Shown: one piece after another, positions 1 to 13,200 of the stretch
How the letters are laid out: each line of letters opens with the position of its first letter
Numbering within the stretch: the stretch's first letter is position 1
Translations under genes and position numbers: made by a program
Source: Aplysia californica
Taxonomy: Eukaryota
Reading direction: 5' to 3'
Length of the DNA: 64,000 bases
Assembly (NCBI RefSeq): GCF_000002075.1
Contig: NW_004797456.1
Location: forward strand, 867,113 to 931,112
The notes under the pieces: model-generated
What the model was told of the DNA's origin: nothing
Databases searched by the model: none
The model's input: only the letters and a program-made list of their open reading frames with translations

Positions 1-532
1 AAAAAAAAAAGTGGTAATCGGACAAAGAAAGTAGCAAAAAACCGATCGATTGCACTTTGTATTTAGACATCTTTTCGCAGACCCAGGTAACATATCTTTC
101 ACTAGTAATAATAGTAGAATGCAAGCTCAATTTGGGCATTTACACAGAAAAAAACAACAACCCAATTTATAGCTGATATAACAAAGCTGAAGTGTTTTGA
201 GTTTGTGCATGGAGTATCAGTCTGATAGGACCACAATCACAATGACAATGTCATTATTTTTATCTATATTTTTCTATTCATCAAAATATATTCGTCATCC
301 TTTGGAAATCGAAAGAAACTCAGATTTTGATTCTAATAGGTGCAGTTTATAGCAGTACGCCATTGACATTTCGTGCTAACCGGGGCCATGCTTGTCTGCG
401 ATCAACAAAAATGCCTTGAACAATGGACGCAGTTTGTTTTGTTTACCGCGCGTTTCTCCACGATCAGCTGGTGACCCAGATACGCGCATCCGTGCGAAGT
501 GCCGTCTCTCTAGTATTACTGTAAACGCTCTG

Positions 533-604
533 ACGTAGATACAAAGACTAGGTGCCCGGTTACCGTGTACGTAGATACTGAAACTAGGTGCCCGGTTACC
601 GTGT
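533..604. repeat. Two 36-bp tandem units
   Basis: acgtagatac(aaag/tgaa)actaggtgcccggttaccgtgt, twice. Confidence 0.85.
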
Positions 605-1144
605 ATGTAGTCACTCCGAAAACACATACACCTCACATTAGTGTGCATAAAATGTGATGCATTACTATTTATTCCTCCAAAACTTATAAAGGAACTTGTA
701 CTTGTTTTTTTTTGTCACTATCCGGATCTGTTTGTTGGATTACCGAACTATGGAATGATATGTTTCTGTTGATCATTCTCACTTTAAAACAGAGTTGTAA
801 TATTTTATGGAAAAAATCGTCTCCAATCAAAACTTTACTTTGTGCTATTATAAAGTGGTGCATTTGAAGTATGATTGTTGATTTTTGTGTGTGTGTGTAC
901 TGTATATACACACATCTTTCATGTAGATTTATTTTCAGTGACCACTGTGTGAAAACAAGAGACAAAATTTGAGAAGTTTTAATGCTTCAGCGGTATGCTC
1001 TTTCATATTTCATAGTTTCCTCATCATAGTATGAGCCATGCTTTACACTTACACATGATGACAATGATTTATTGGCTAGCTCAGTGTGCTTTTGAACATG
1101 ATAAAAGATGCTGGCTTTTTATTAAAAAATTGTGCTTTCCTCAG

Positions 1145-1261
1145 GACGCCGTGCAAGGTTATTGCTGTCCTACCTCCGTCAGATGAGAAACCAAATGGAG
1201 ATATCATCGTCATTGAGGATTCTGATGAAGATTCGAATGCTGCTGGTTCGGAGTCAAAAAG
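1145..1261 (+). CDS. BAZ1A: BAZ1A exon (TPCKVIAVLPP...SESK)
   Basis: tcag| acceptor, |gttagt donor; resembles the CRILEVLPP segment after the WAC domain. Confidence 0.85.
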
Positions 1262-4200
1262 GTTAGTAATAATTGCAGTGCTAGGCTACCGGTTGTTTTA
1301 TATTTGATTAATTGTTTGCTTTTAAGCACAAGGGGGCTATCCCGAAAAATGCTGTTTTGAGAAAATCGAAGGTAAAGTTTTTAGATCCTTGTTCAGTTTC
1401 TTTAACCCTCTGTGTGCGCATCACGACCAGTTGACTCGTACTTCTCTTCCGCGCATCGACATGAGTGTAGAAACTATACCGTTGACATGAGAATAGCCAT
1501 TTTTTAACTGCTGGTGACTACAGTCCGCCAGTGCAACGTTTATTAGTCGTTGGCAGCGCATTTGTCTGTCGGGGATCAGTTATGAGTTTACCGGCAATTT
1601 TCTCGAATATTGTTTAGTTTTCAAAATGTCGGATTCGTCAGCTGATTTAGACACAGATTAGCCCAACATTTTTCTAGAATCGGACGACAGTGATAAAGAG
1701 TTTTAAGGATAAGGTCCTCAAATAAAAGATTTACTAGTGAATGATGGGGATATATCGTAGATCTAGCAGGGTTAGGCCCAGAAGGGGATGTCGATATTCC
1801 TGCTGATCTCCAAGCAGGCTGGACTAAAAATGATGAGGATTTTGATACCAACACCAACAACATCATAAAAAACCACAGCTGACCAGATATAAGGGTAGAA
1901 GTTCATTTTATATAAGACACAATTTTCCTTCTTACACTGTAATTAGAAATTATGATAAATAAGAAAGATATATGAGCTTTTTTTATAAACCATGTTGAAA
2001 ATTAGCATTTTTCTAAAATAAACCCAGCACTGAAGGGAAGTAATAGTAAAAATGGCCTAACGCTAAGAGGGTTAAAAGACAAGGAGAGTTTTCTCTAAAA
2101 CCAAACTTCTCCTATACGTAGGACAATGCCCACTTTTGGTGTTGGTCAAGATTTCTGGAAACCCCCAAAATCTGGGTTAGCCGGCTTGTCCTTAAAAGTG
2201 ACCAATTATCACAGTTAAGCACAGCTCAGCAAGTGATCATACAACTTTCAATATTCACTTTCAAGCATTTCCATTTTTGTTGGACTTATTTTTTAGGTCG
2301 GAAAATATTTTAAAACTTCTTTACCCTTTTTTCTTTCAGTCAAAAGAAAAAGAAAGGATTTGGTGCAGATCCCGTGAGGTTTCAATACAAAGTGAAATTA
2401 CAAGGTTCATCTTCTCCCATCACAGCGACTTCACTTTGTCTAAGGTTTGTTTTAAATTTTGTGAAAATTTGTTTTTGCTTTCTTTTTATATATATAGATC
2501 TATATATATATATTCTTTAAAAAGAATTACTAGGAGATACTCGGGGACATTCAGGTTCATTACATGTGTCCTTTCAGAAAAATGCTGACTTCTATGGTTT
2601 TGTCATTGTAATTTACTACTTTTGTGAATTTGACATTGTATAAAATCAGTTCCAGTTTTTGTCCTGATATATATTGCTCATTGCTTATTACTCATATAAT
2701 GATTTTTGGCTTTTTAAAGTCTTCCTTTATAACTTTTTTGTGGGTGCTTTTTCCTGGTACATGTTTTTACACGAGATTCTTTTTTTTCTTCATTAATAAA
2801 AAAATTGGTTTTATATTTTTTTAGTTTGTGCATGGATGATGTACTGTGAAACCTGTCCAAGATGATCGTCCATTGTTTTGAAAAAGTGGTCATCTTAAGC
2901 TGTTTGTTTTTACAGTGTCATCGTAATGTAGAAAAAAAAATGCATAGGGGACTGAAAAATTGTCATTTGTAGAGATGATTGTCTTGGACAGGTAGTCGCT
3001 AGAGCAGGTATCGTTCCTTTTTTTGCACATTATATGTGCTCTATGAATGTCATTCTGAGATAATGAGAAAAAAATTATCTCTGCAGCATTTGCACCGATA
3101 TAACTATATATTATAATAACTATAGCTCAATGTAGTGGTTTTTTCATCGGTAAAGTATATTGTACAAAAATGACTAAGATTGTAAACCTTTCTCCGTTTC
3201 AGCCGTAAACGGGGCTTGTATTCCAGGGACAGAAGCAAGTTGTTCCTAAAGCAGCACTGTGAGCCTGTGAATGGACTATGGAAAGTGAAGGTTGGTTTAA
3301 TTTAATTAGTACAGTCGAACCTGCCCTGACGGCCACCTCTATAAGACGGCCACCTGCACAACGGACACTTTCCATTTCCCCCCTTGCGTTTTTTCTATAT
3401 AATTTAACTGTGTAAAACGGGCACCTGTCCAACGCGGCCGCGGCCACCATATTTCAACACACAACCCCTATCACACAAAGCAATAACACCTGTCTTAGAC
3501 GGCCACCTTAGTGACTCCATTACGCTTTGTCATAAATCAAGCATTGGCCCCTGGCGTTGCGGGCGAGCCGTCATAATCCAAAGACCTGTCGTTGTTAGGT
3601 AGTCCCTCGAACTGATCATGTTGCGTAGGCCCCTCCCACTGTTGACCAATAGGTAACAAAATTAATTTTCAGCTGCTGGGGAGGGAAGCGTGTGATCCTT
3701 CATAACCCATAAGCCCCGCCCAGAACCTATACACAAATCGCAAGTGAAATGAGTGGTCACTGTTTACCCAGTCTGTAACAAAGTAACAATGGACGTCAGC
3801 ATGAACTTGTGACAGAAGCGTTGCTTGTTCTCCGAGTGTTAGTACGTGTGTTTGTTCTACCATAGGCTAGCACTTGGTCCTCCTTGTTTGACACATTTCG
3901 TTTTATTGTCACTCGTGCACAAAAGCAGCAACAAAAGAAAAGAAAACCCAGCGAAAACAACAACAACAATGCAACTACCTTCGGTTGGGACCTGAGAAAG
4001 GGAGGGTTTGTTTTCTCAGAAAGGAATGGTTTGTTTTCTTCATCTTGATCAATCCTGCCTAAGACGGCCACCTGTCTTATACGGCCACTTTTCTCCTTGA
4101 CAATGGGGGGTCGTCTTACACAGGTCCGACTGTATACCTCCAGTGTTTATTCAGAAAAAAAATTGTGTGCATTGCTCATCAAAGATTAGCAAACCATTAT

Positions 4201-7200
4201 CATCTGTTTGTATGAAAGTTCTGCATAGTCAGTGCTTAATACACATGTTTTCAAAGAAGGTTTAAAATATTGGCTGAAGTTGCCAGCTGTGCTTTCTACC
4301 GTTACGACTACATTTTCATTTGTTTTGATTTTAGTTTCATGCTCAAAATGTTTCAAGAGGCTCAAGCAAACTTTGAAATTCCCACCTCATATAGTTAAGA
4401 AATCAAGTAGCTTAGGGAAGTTGACTTTGCTGAGAATGAATTAGTGCTATCGTCAAATATCTCGACTTCTATTCAAGATAGATAAGTATATTTTTTTCTT
4501 TGTCATCAAAAGTGAAAGAAATGAACAAGTTTTAAGATGGTACACAACTCTATGCCCCCCAAAAATGATGAAAGACAGAAAATAGTGCGTCATGACACAA
4601 TGTTGTTATAAAAATGTTCTAAATTGACTTGTTTCCATTTTAGGAGTCAACTTTGAAAAAACTGAACTTGGGCTCTGCTAAGTTTGAGGATTTTTTTGCC
4701 GGCCCTGCTCCAGGGTTTGAAGTATCGACCATCAAGAGAAAGATCAATGCGAAAAAGTCGTTCGATGTGCCAGGATCGTCCATTGAGTTTGAAGAGCCAC
4801 CTCCAGTAAAAAGTAAGTAAGACGAGGAGGAAAGGGGAGAAAAAATTTGCCTTGTACTCCTAAGTGGCTGTGCTGGAGGAAGATGATTGTGGGAAGAAGA
4901 TGGAAGGTGTTTGTTTGAAGTTCTTGTCATTCAGTAAATGGGGAGCATACACAGTGATGAATATTTGTGAATCTCAATATCGTGTTGATGCAGCTACAGC
5001 CAATCCAGCTCTAACAGCCACCTGTCCAAGACACCTGTAAAAACGACTGTTTTCCATTTTCCCCTTGTCTTTTTAAAATATATATTTTAATGGCACTTTC
5101 CAAGACGACTGCCTTTCTCTTCAACAATAGATAGCTGTTTTGGACACTTTCAAATGTTTCAAATAAATTTGTCTTGCTTGCAATTTTAGGATGTTATTCT
5201 ATTTCGTATGTGTTCAGTAAAAAATTATTTCAATTTTTGTTTTAAGGCCCACAGGTGGAATATGTGCCCTTGCCTACTCCTGAAGATAGGGCTCTGATGA
5301 AAGAAAAATTGAAGCTGCTGAAACTGGAGGAAAAGAAAAAGATTTTGGAAGAGAAAGAAGCGAAGAGAGAAGAGATGAGGAGACAAATAGAAGCTGAAAA
5401 AGTTAGGAGGAAGGAAGAGAAAGAAAAGGTGGGTGTATGATTGACATTGCTATCTTCCTCTCAATATAATTTTTTTTTAAAATGGGAAACAGGTTTGCTA
5501 CAAAGCTCTTTTGAGTAAATAAAAGCAAGTCTTATAGGGAAAATTATAGTCTATGCTGAAACATAGAATGTCTGTTCAGTGTATGAAAATTGTGTTCATA
5601 AAGTGTTGTGTATATTGAATGTTTGAGAGCGTTTTGGACAAAAACGAATTAAGACATTATAACTATGAAACAAAATACAGGAACTCAAAAAAGGAAGTTC
5701 TGAATGTTTCTTATTGTGAAGTAAAAGAAATGTTTTTCAATATGTCCTGTATTGTTCCATATTTAGGAGCGGTTGAGGAAAATGGAGGAAAAAAGACGAG
5801 AGCTGGAGCTGTACAAAGAGTGGGCCAGACCCAGAGATGACTTGGAGTGTGATGATCTAAAGGTACAGTGCCCTTCAGTACCCTGTAGATTTTTTGTCTT
5901 ATCTGAATACCCTCTAATTGTTTTTGGAAATAAAGATGTTCCTTTGCCTCAAATGTAAAGTATTCCAGATGTACAATAATTCGAGAAATTGTATTACATT
6001 TATGTGCCATGCTTATTACGACTCATTAGAAGTTATATTGTTTAACGAAGCATATCTGATTTTTACCACGAACAATTTATTTTCAGGTTTCCTGTATTTT
6101 ATGTTGCTGATTTTGCATTTATTTTCCTTAATGAAAATTTGTTGATAGACATGTTATGAGTTACTGTAGATCACTATTACTGCTGAAACAAAAACAAATT
6201 TTAAAAAAAATTTTGATTGTGTCCTCAGGAAATGCCAGAGTTCGTTCCAGTGCGTACGAGAGTTCCAATAGATTTGTTTGGAGATGCTGTGATGATTTTG
6301 GAATTTGTTCACATATTCAAGTCCATCTTTGATTTCAAGCAGTTTTTTCCAAAGGGATTCACATGGGGTAATTAGTTTTGATACAATGGACACATGAATC
6401 TTCTTTATCTTGTTTTATATGCTGCACAAAATTTTTTCATTAATAAGCTTTATTGGTGTCAATTTGGATTTTTGCACTATATTCAGGCTTTTTAGAATAT
6501 CGACAAGGTGCAAACTGTCAAAGAAAGTTATTTAAAAATTTGGCATTGGAATGTATTTGCCTTGTATATATGTTACTTTAACATCAATGTCAAAAGGGTG
6601 TTGTTTGGAATAACGAAAAGTTTAATGTTCGTTGTACATAGCATCATGCCCTTTTTCTCAATTATGTACTCGTTTGTTTAATTAGTCTGACAACTGTGAT
6701 CTAACTGTGCATTTTGTTTGAAATTTAGCAAAAATTTGGTTTATTCATATGTGTATACAGGAATGGTGGAATCTGCCTTGATGGATCATGAACCAGATGG
6801 GCCTCTGTGTGACCTACTGCAGATGCTCCTTTGTGCATTGTTCAACCTTCAAGAGGAAGAGGCAGAAGAATATCAAGAGTTAGAAAAAGAGGAAACAACA
6901 AAACATAGTAAGTGGGAAGTCATCATCATCATTGCCTTTCTCACCCTGCACCAGGGTATAGACCACGGACAAACACCCTCCACTTTTCTCTATCCTGGGC
7001 TAGCCTCTTGATGTTATTCCATGTCTTCCCACTTTTCTGTACATCGATTTCTGTGATTCTTCTCCAGGTTCCACGAGGTCTTCCCTTTGACCTCTTGCCC
7101 TGTGGGTTCCAATCCAAAACTTTCTTTGTTATGCAGCTGCCTGACTATCTCAGAGTATGTCCAATCCATCGCCACCGCCTTCTTCCTACCTCATCTCTGA

Positions 7201-10200
7201 CTAGGATCTGTCTTGTTTTCCATAACACTTCCACATTGGTGACCCTGTCTGTCCATCTGATCCTCACTAACTTTCTTAGACACCTGTTCAAGAAAACCTG
7301 GATCCTCTTTATACAAGTCTGTGATGCGTTCCATGCCTCACATCCATACAACAGGACCGACTTCACGTTTGAATTGAAAATCCTCAGCTTTGTTCGAAGT
7401 GATATATCTCTGGTCTTCCAAATCCTATCCAAAGATATGAAAGCAGCCTGTGCTTTTCCAATGCAGGACTTAATTTCAGCACCTGTTCCTCCCTCTCTGT
7501 CAATTATGCTCCCAAGATAGCAGAAGGATTCAACGTTTTCTAGTGCCTTTCCTTCTATTGTGACCTGCTCCTTTCGTTGTGCATCTGTCTTTTGGACCTT
7601 TGACTTTCCGGGGTGGATCCTCAATCTAACAGACTCCAATAGGCTGTTTAATACTGAAGTCTTTGCTTGCATCTGTTCCTGGGTGTGCGACAGAAGCGCC
7701 AAGTCGTCTGCAAAATCCAGATCGTCCAACTGTGTCCATGGTGTCCACTGTATACCATTTCTGTGGGAAGTGATTATTTTAAATTTAGATTTGTTTAGGT
7801 TTTTCTTAACATAAGAAAATTTATTGTTTAAATGAAATGCCTGCTTTTTGTGATTTCACAAATCCCAAATGTGTCACAAACATTTTGTCTTCTCGTTTCA
7901 TTATTCTTTTATGCAGCATCACATTGCAGACCTATGTTATTATGTCTTTTTTTTTTTTTTCATTTAAAAAGTTGCTAAAAAATAGTTTTTTTGAAGCTGT
8001 GTACTGTAAACTATTTAGGAAAATATGTTAGTCTCCTGGTAAGATTATATCTTAGAGATAATAGTGTGTGCAACAGTACTTTTTTGTATGGTTTTTCAAC
8101 TGTTTGTTATGAATCTTACAGGTTTTCATTTTATTCAAATTTCTCCACAGATGATGAAAAAGATGATGACATGGATGAAGAAGTGTCCGCTAATGAGATG
8201 ATTAAATCTGCTACAATTATGGCACAATTTTCACAGAATACTCTTGGTATGATTTTTGTTTTTGGTACTGATATTAAACATTTATATTCTGTCTGCTCCC
8301 TTTCTGATGTGTGGCTAGTTCTCAAAAGTGTGACCGTGGTATCATTCTGTTTGTAAGGAACTGTGAGTGCTATTGTATGAACCAAGCTAGAATTACAACT
8401 CTGTTCGCAATGTGCTTCTTTTGAAATCCATGCTGTGGATTTAATTTTTTTGTTTTTTTGTTGTTGTTTTTTTTTGCTTCATCCTTAGCTGTTCATGTTA
8501 AAATTATATTATTGTTTGATGCATAAATTAATGGCCATTTGTTGTGACAGAAATTGCTAGTTTGATGAATGATGGTGTGAGTGTCCTTCAGGAAATTGAG
8601 ATGGTATAGTATTTGTACTGTGGTCATGTACAACAATTTGTAGAATGTGGGGTCCTTTGTTTTAATTTTGCTAATGAAGAGAAACAGATTTTGATTTACA
8701 TGTTCAAAATTGTTGTAATAATTTGTCATGGCTTTCCCTTGACATGGTTCACTATCTCTCTGCTGTAATTTACTCTTTTTCATTTGTGGCTCATTCTGTT
8801 ACTCAAATCCTATTTATTTTCTGTGTTGATATTGTCTAATTCTATTCCCATTATAATGTGGTTGTTTGCTTGTTCCCTGGCCATTACTAAAAATAAGCCT
8901 GTCTCAGCTGATACTACCTTGCCACAGTACTATAACTCAAGCTGTGTTTATTGTAAAAAAGTGTTATTTGACTTCTTACCATAACTGTCTATCACAAAGC
9001 AGTAGTAGGTTATATTTTGATTATTTCTTTTTTTCTAACAGGCATGCCTTTGAGGGACACACTTCTGGACCAGTTCACCTTGTCAGAGATTCTCAGAATT
9101 CACCTGCTGGCCTCTGGGGCTCGGGGTAGTTCGAAAAATGCTCGCTTTCGTTACCAGCAGCGGGGAGGCTACACGTCTCAGGACGACCCTGGCCTGGAGC
9201 TCAAGCTGGAGGACCCAACTATAGTGAAGAGCCTCTCGCACAGCAACGTCTTTGACTTGAGTCCAGGTGACATTTTTTGTAGCTTTTTGGGATTTCTCAG
9301 CCTGCAGTGTTGTCATGAAGCTATTGCAATATATAAACTTACCAAAGAGTTAAAGGTTGGTGGTTGGAGGGTGCTACTTGAAGGTTTTACTTTTTTTTAA
9401 AGTGCACATTTTGCCTTATATTATACAATGTATTCGGAACTATTCCTGGGGCATGTTATTTTTACTTGATTGAGGCTTGCAAAAATTTGTAAGCAATCTG
9501 CAAATATTCACAATACACACTTTCACATTTAGTGTCATGCTCTGCATATCACTAAAAATATAATGTTATATCTTGTCACTTACCAAACACACACTCACAC
9601 ACACCCCCTAGTTTTTTCTAACACCACTGATAATCTTCCACAGGAGAAAAAGCCAAGATAATCAGCACTCTGGTTCAACAAATTGTGACGTATGCAATGG
9701 TGAGAGACACGATTGAAGACTCAGGGGAGAGGCTGAGGATAAAGAAATATGATCTCAAACAGATGCAGTGGGCAGAGCAGAGGAGGGAAAAAGAAGAGCA
9801 AGCGACCAAGTGAGAATTGGTTTTGTCAAACTGAACTCTAGTTTCTTTTTTTTCAAGCTGTACTCTAGTGGCCTTTTCTAATTCAATTTTCTTGTATTTT
9901 GTTTATCAGTAAAAAATTTCAAGTTTCGTGATTGGGTGAAAACTAAAGTGAGTCTTTGAAAAGCTTGCAAACATTTTATTAAGAGTATTGTATCACTTCT
10001 ACCTGAGGGTTCACAACTTTAGTACAGATTTCTTGACTGGCCTGTTGATTCTAATTTGCCAGCTGTCTGCTTGTTGATGTCACTTTATATCTATCAGAGG
10101 GCTTAGGGGGAGGTGTTTAAATGGCTTGAGCCTTCCTTTTCTTCAAGCTAAGCTTGTTTTTTTTGGTGTTATGTGTGATATCTGGGACTTTCGCAAGGGA

Positions 10201-13200
10201 GCAGCAAGGAGACAAGGATGGTTTACCTTTTCAATGCATGGGGGGAACCAATTAAGTAATTTAAGTAATTATTCTTTACATTAATGAAATTTGAAATCTT
10301 ATTAGGTTTCAAGTTTAAACACACTAAAAAAAGGTTCAGTAACTACTGGTATTGTTTGTCTTGTAAAATGGAAAGTCATCTGTCTCAGCAGGAGGAAGAG
10401 TCGGTTGATGGTGTCCCTCTAGAATCGCCAGTTTGAGAATCTGGCAAACATATATTACATTACATACGATACAATTTACTAAGTTTGTTTGGCCTCTACA
10501 GAATTTCTTGAGAACTTTTTAAAACAGTCAAAATGCTTTTTGGTTGGTTAGAACTTTAGGGCTGTAGTAATGTTGTAGGTTTTGTTACTACTTGTCACAA
10601 ACATAATATCATTTTGGCAGATACAAAAAGATGATGGAGGAAAAAGCTCGGGAACAAGCAAGAAGAATGCAGCAGCTTATAGCAGAACAAAATGGGTATG
10701 TTTGTTCTTATCAGTTATTCCCTTCATTTTGATTTGTTATGTCGATTTTTATATTTAATGTTTTGCTTTGCAAGTCCACCAAAGCAGTTACTACTTTTGT
10801 GGAGAAAAATGGTTCATCTCTGCTACTTACTTTGGTTCATGGCAAAATGGGCCACTTTTATGTTAACTCACCTTTAAATATATCCATACTCTCTCGGGGT
10901 CTCGGGTTCTTTCTCTACTGATTGAGGCGGTTTTGTCATGGGCTGAATTGGGATCTTGGCGAGATAGTGCTATTGAAGATTGTTTGACAAAAATTCTGTC
11001 ATGTTTTATTTAGCTTTGTTTTAATGTTGTCTGATTTACTGATTCATGTTCAGGTGTGAATCTTTGATATCTCAATTTGTGCTTAGTTCTGAAAGGATAT
11101 TGTTGCCTTATTCTCAGTGGCAGTGGTGCTCTTACCACCCCTTCTCTTTCCTTCTCAGGTTACCACATGATCCAGCAGCCTTCCAAGATGCGAATGAAAA
11201 GACGCCAGCACAGAAAGAAGCAGAAAAACAAAAAGAGCATGAAATGGAGACAAGAAAGAAATCTGAGTTCTCTAAGAAGGAATTTGAAATGCTGGAGGAG
11301 ATTTTGTCTCTACAGAAAATGGTTTCGGTGTACCCAATAGGGCGAGATCGCCTGTTTCGCAGGTACTACTTCTTCACTACTCTGAATGGTCTGTTTGTTG
11401 AGGATCACGAGCTGCATGTGCCGGCGGACATGTTGAGACCTGGAGTTGACACTGCTGGAGCGGGGACCAAGGTCAGTTGGTTGTGATAGAATCGATAGAT
11501 TTGTTATGTGTTAACTTTGGATGTGGCTTGTTGACAGCTACTGTGTGGTGGTTTGTTTGTTCCTACTTTCCTATCAAACATCTATCATTCTTTTATATCT
11601 CCTCCTCTTTTTCTTTGTATGTTTCTCCAGTAGGAACACCTCTAATCTTCAGTTCTTATGTAACCTATTTGGTTTGCAAGTGCCATGAAACTTACAATAA
11701 ATACAAACTAGATTTTTGATTGAAAAAAAAAAGGGAATCAAGAAATCAGTAAGACAGGAATGACTTTCATGAAAGATTGTGAATCTGTAATTTTTTAAGG
11801 TTTATTTATTTCCCTGATCTCTTTTCATTAACATTATGTGTGTCCCTTTTATGAAGATTGTTCATGTGGGTGTACAGTTCAAGAAAAATGGATTTGTTTA
11901 TGGCATAGGAACAAGTGTATATATGTAGCAATGCCCGCCGAGCGCGTTTTGTTCTGCCGATTTTTGGCCCCCGCAGCGGGGGTGTTTCATGGGACGCACT
12001 AACGCAAAGGTTGTTGTCTTCAACTCGCTCTCACGCCGCTTCTCGTGAATGGATATGAATGAAACTTGGCAGCCAATCAGAAAAGAGGTCAATCTCGTAG
12101 TATGCAGTTTGACAACATTGTACCCATCCTAGAAGCAGTCGAAAACGTTTGTGAAAGTGGTTGATGTGGTGCGCTTTGAAGATTTTTCGGAGCTGTGATT
12201 TGTCAAACTGACTGATACGTTGTACACCATTTTTCTTTATTCCCTTAAAATTTCAAGCTTCTGTGTTTAGCGGTTTTGGCGTAATCTTTAAAAATGTGGG
12301 AGTAACTAAGGGAAAAAGCGACATTGCCTTTTGCGCGTACTGGGTGAATGCCCTGCGGCTGGGAAATTTCCACTGAGTGACGTCATCAGCCATCGGTCGC
12401 CTCGGGCGCTACAAACGAGGCCCCGCTTATGTGAACCGGAAAGGGGGGGAAGGATACTTGAAAACTAAACGGGGGCCTTGATAACTTGCGTTTTTGTTGC
12501 ATTTTAGTCACAATACAATAGATGTAGTCATTTTTATTTGCTTGATTGCATGACAGAAGAATAGAAACAGAAAAGCAAACATCTTGAGAAGTGATATGGC
12601 ATTGTGTTTGCGTTATAAAGCCTATTCCCCCCTCTTGGGAAAGCACACACTTGGACTCGTCCTGTGTGCTCTGTTTGTAAAAGTGAGGCATTAAGATTGT
12701 TATTAAAGAGTATGGTACTTATTTAGTCCAGTCTGGGAAGATAGTCCCGTTTATACATTGTTATCGTTCACGCGTGCGTGAGTGCGCGCGCGTGCATGTG
12801 TGTGTGTGTGCGCGCGCGTGAGAGAGAGAGAGAGAGGGGGGGGGGGGGTGTAAATATGTTACATTTATTGTATGAGTTGTAGCCTACACATGCGAAATAT
12901 TCCCATGACTTGTAAACTATATTATCTGAACGCATCTTAATCTACCACACAATAGGGCACTGTCCAACAATGGAATATGCACAGAGACGATCTTATTTTC
13001 TATAACAAAGTATGCATGGTTTTACTAGTACAGAACTGGATTAATTAGACTAATAAATCCAGCTCTCTACTTACATTTTTGTGACAAATTGATCCAGAGC
13101 ATAGCTTGGCAAGGAAGAACCTTTTATGTTGCCAAGTTTCATTCAAATATCATGACTTTGGGAGAACATATGACTGATAATCTTTGTAAATCTGTAAAGA

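Noticed and set aside
6912-7520. 202-aa + strand ORF
   Set aside because: Antisense shadow of the RTE reverse transcriptase fragment.
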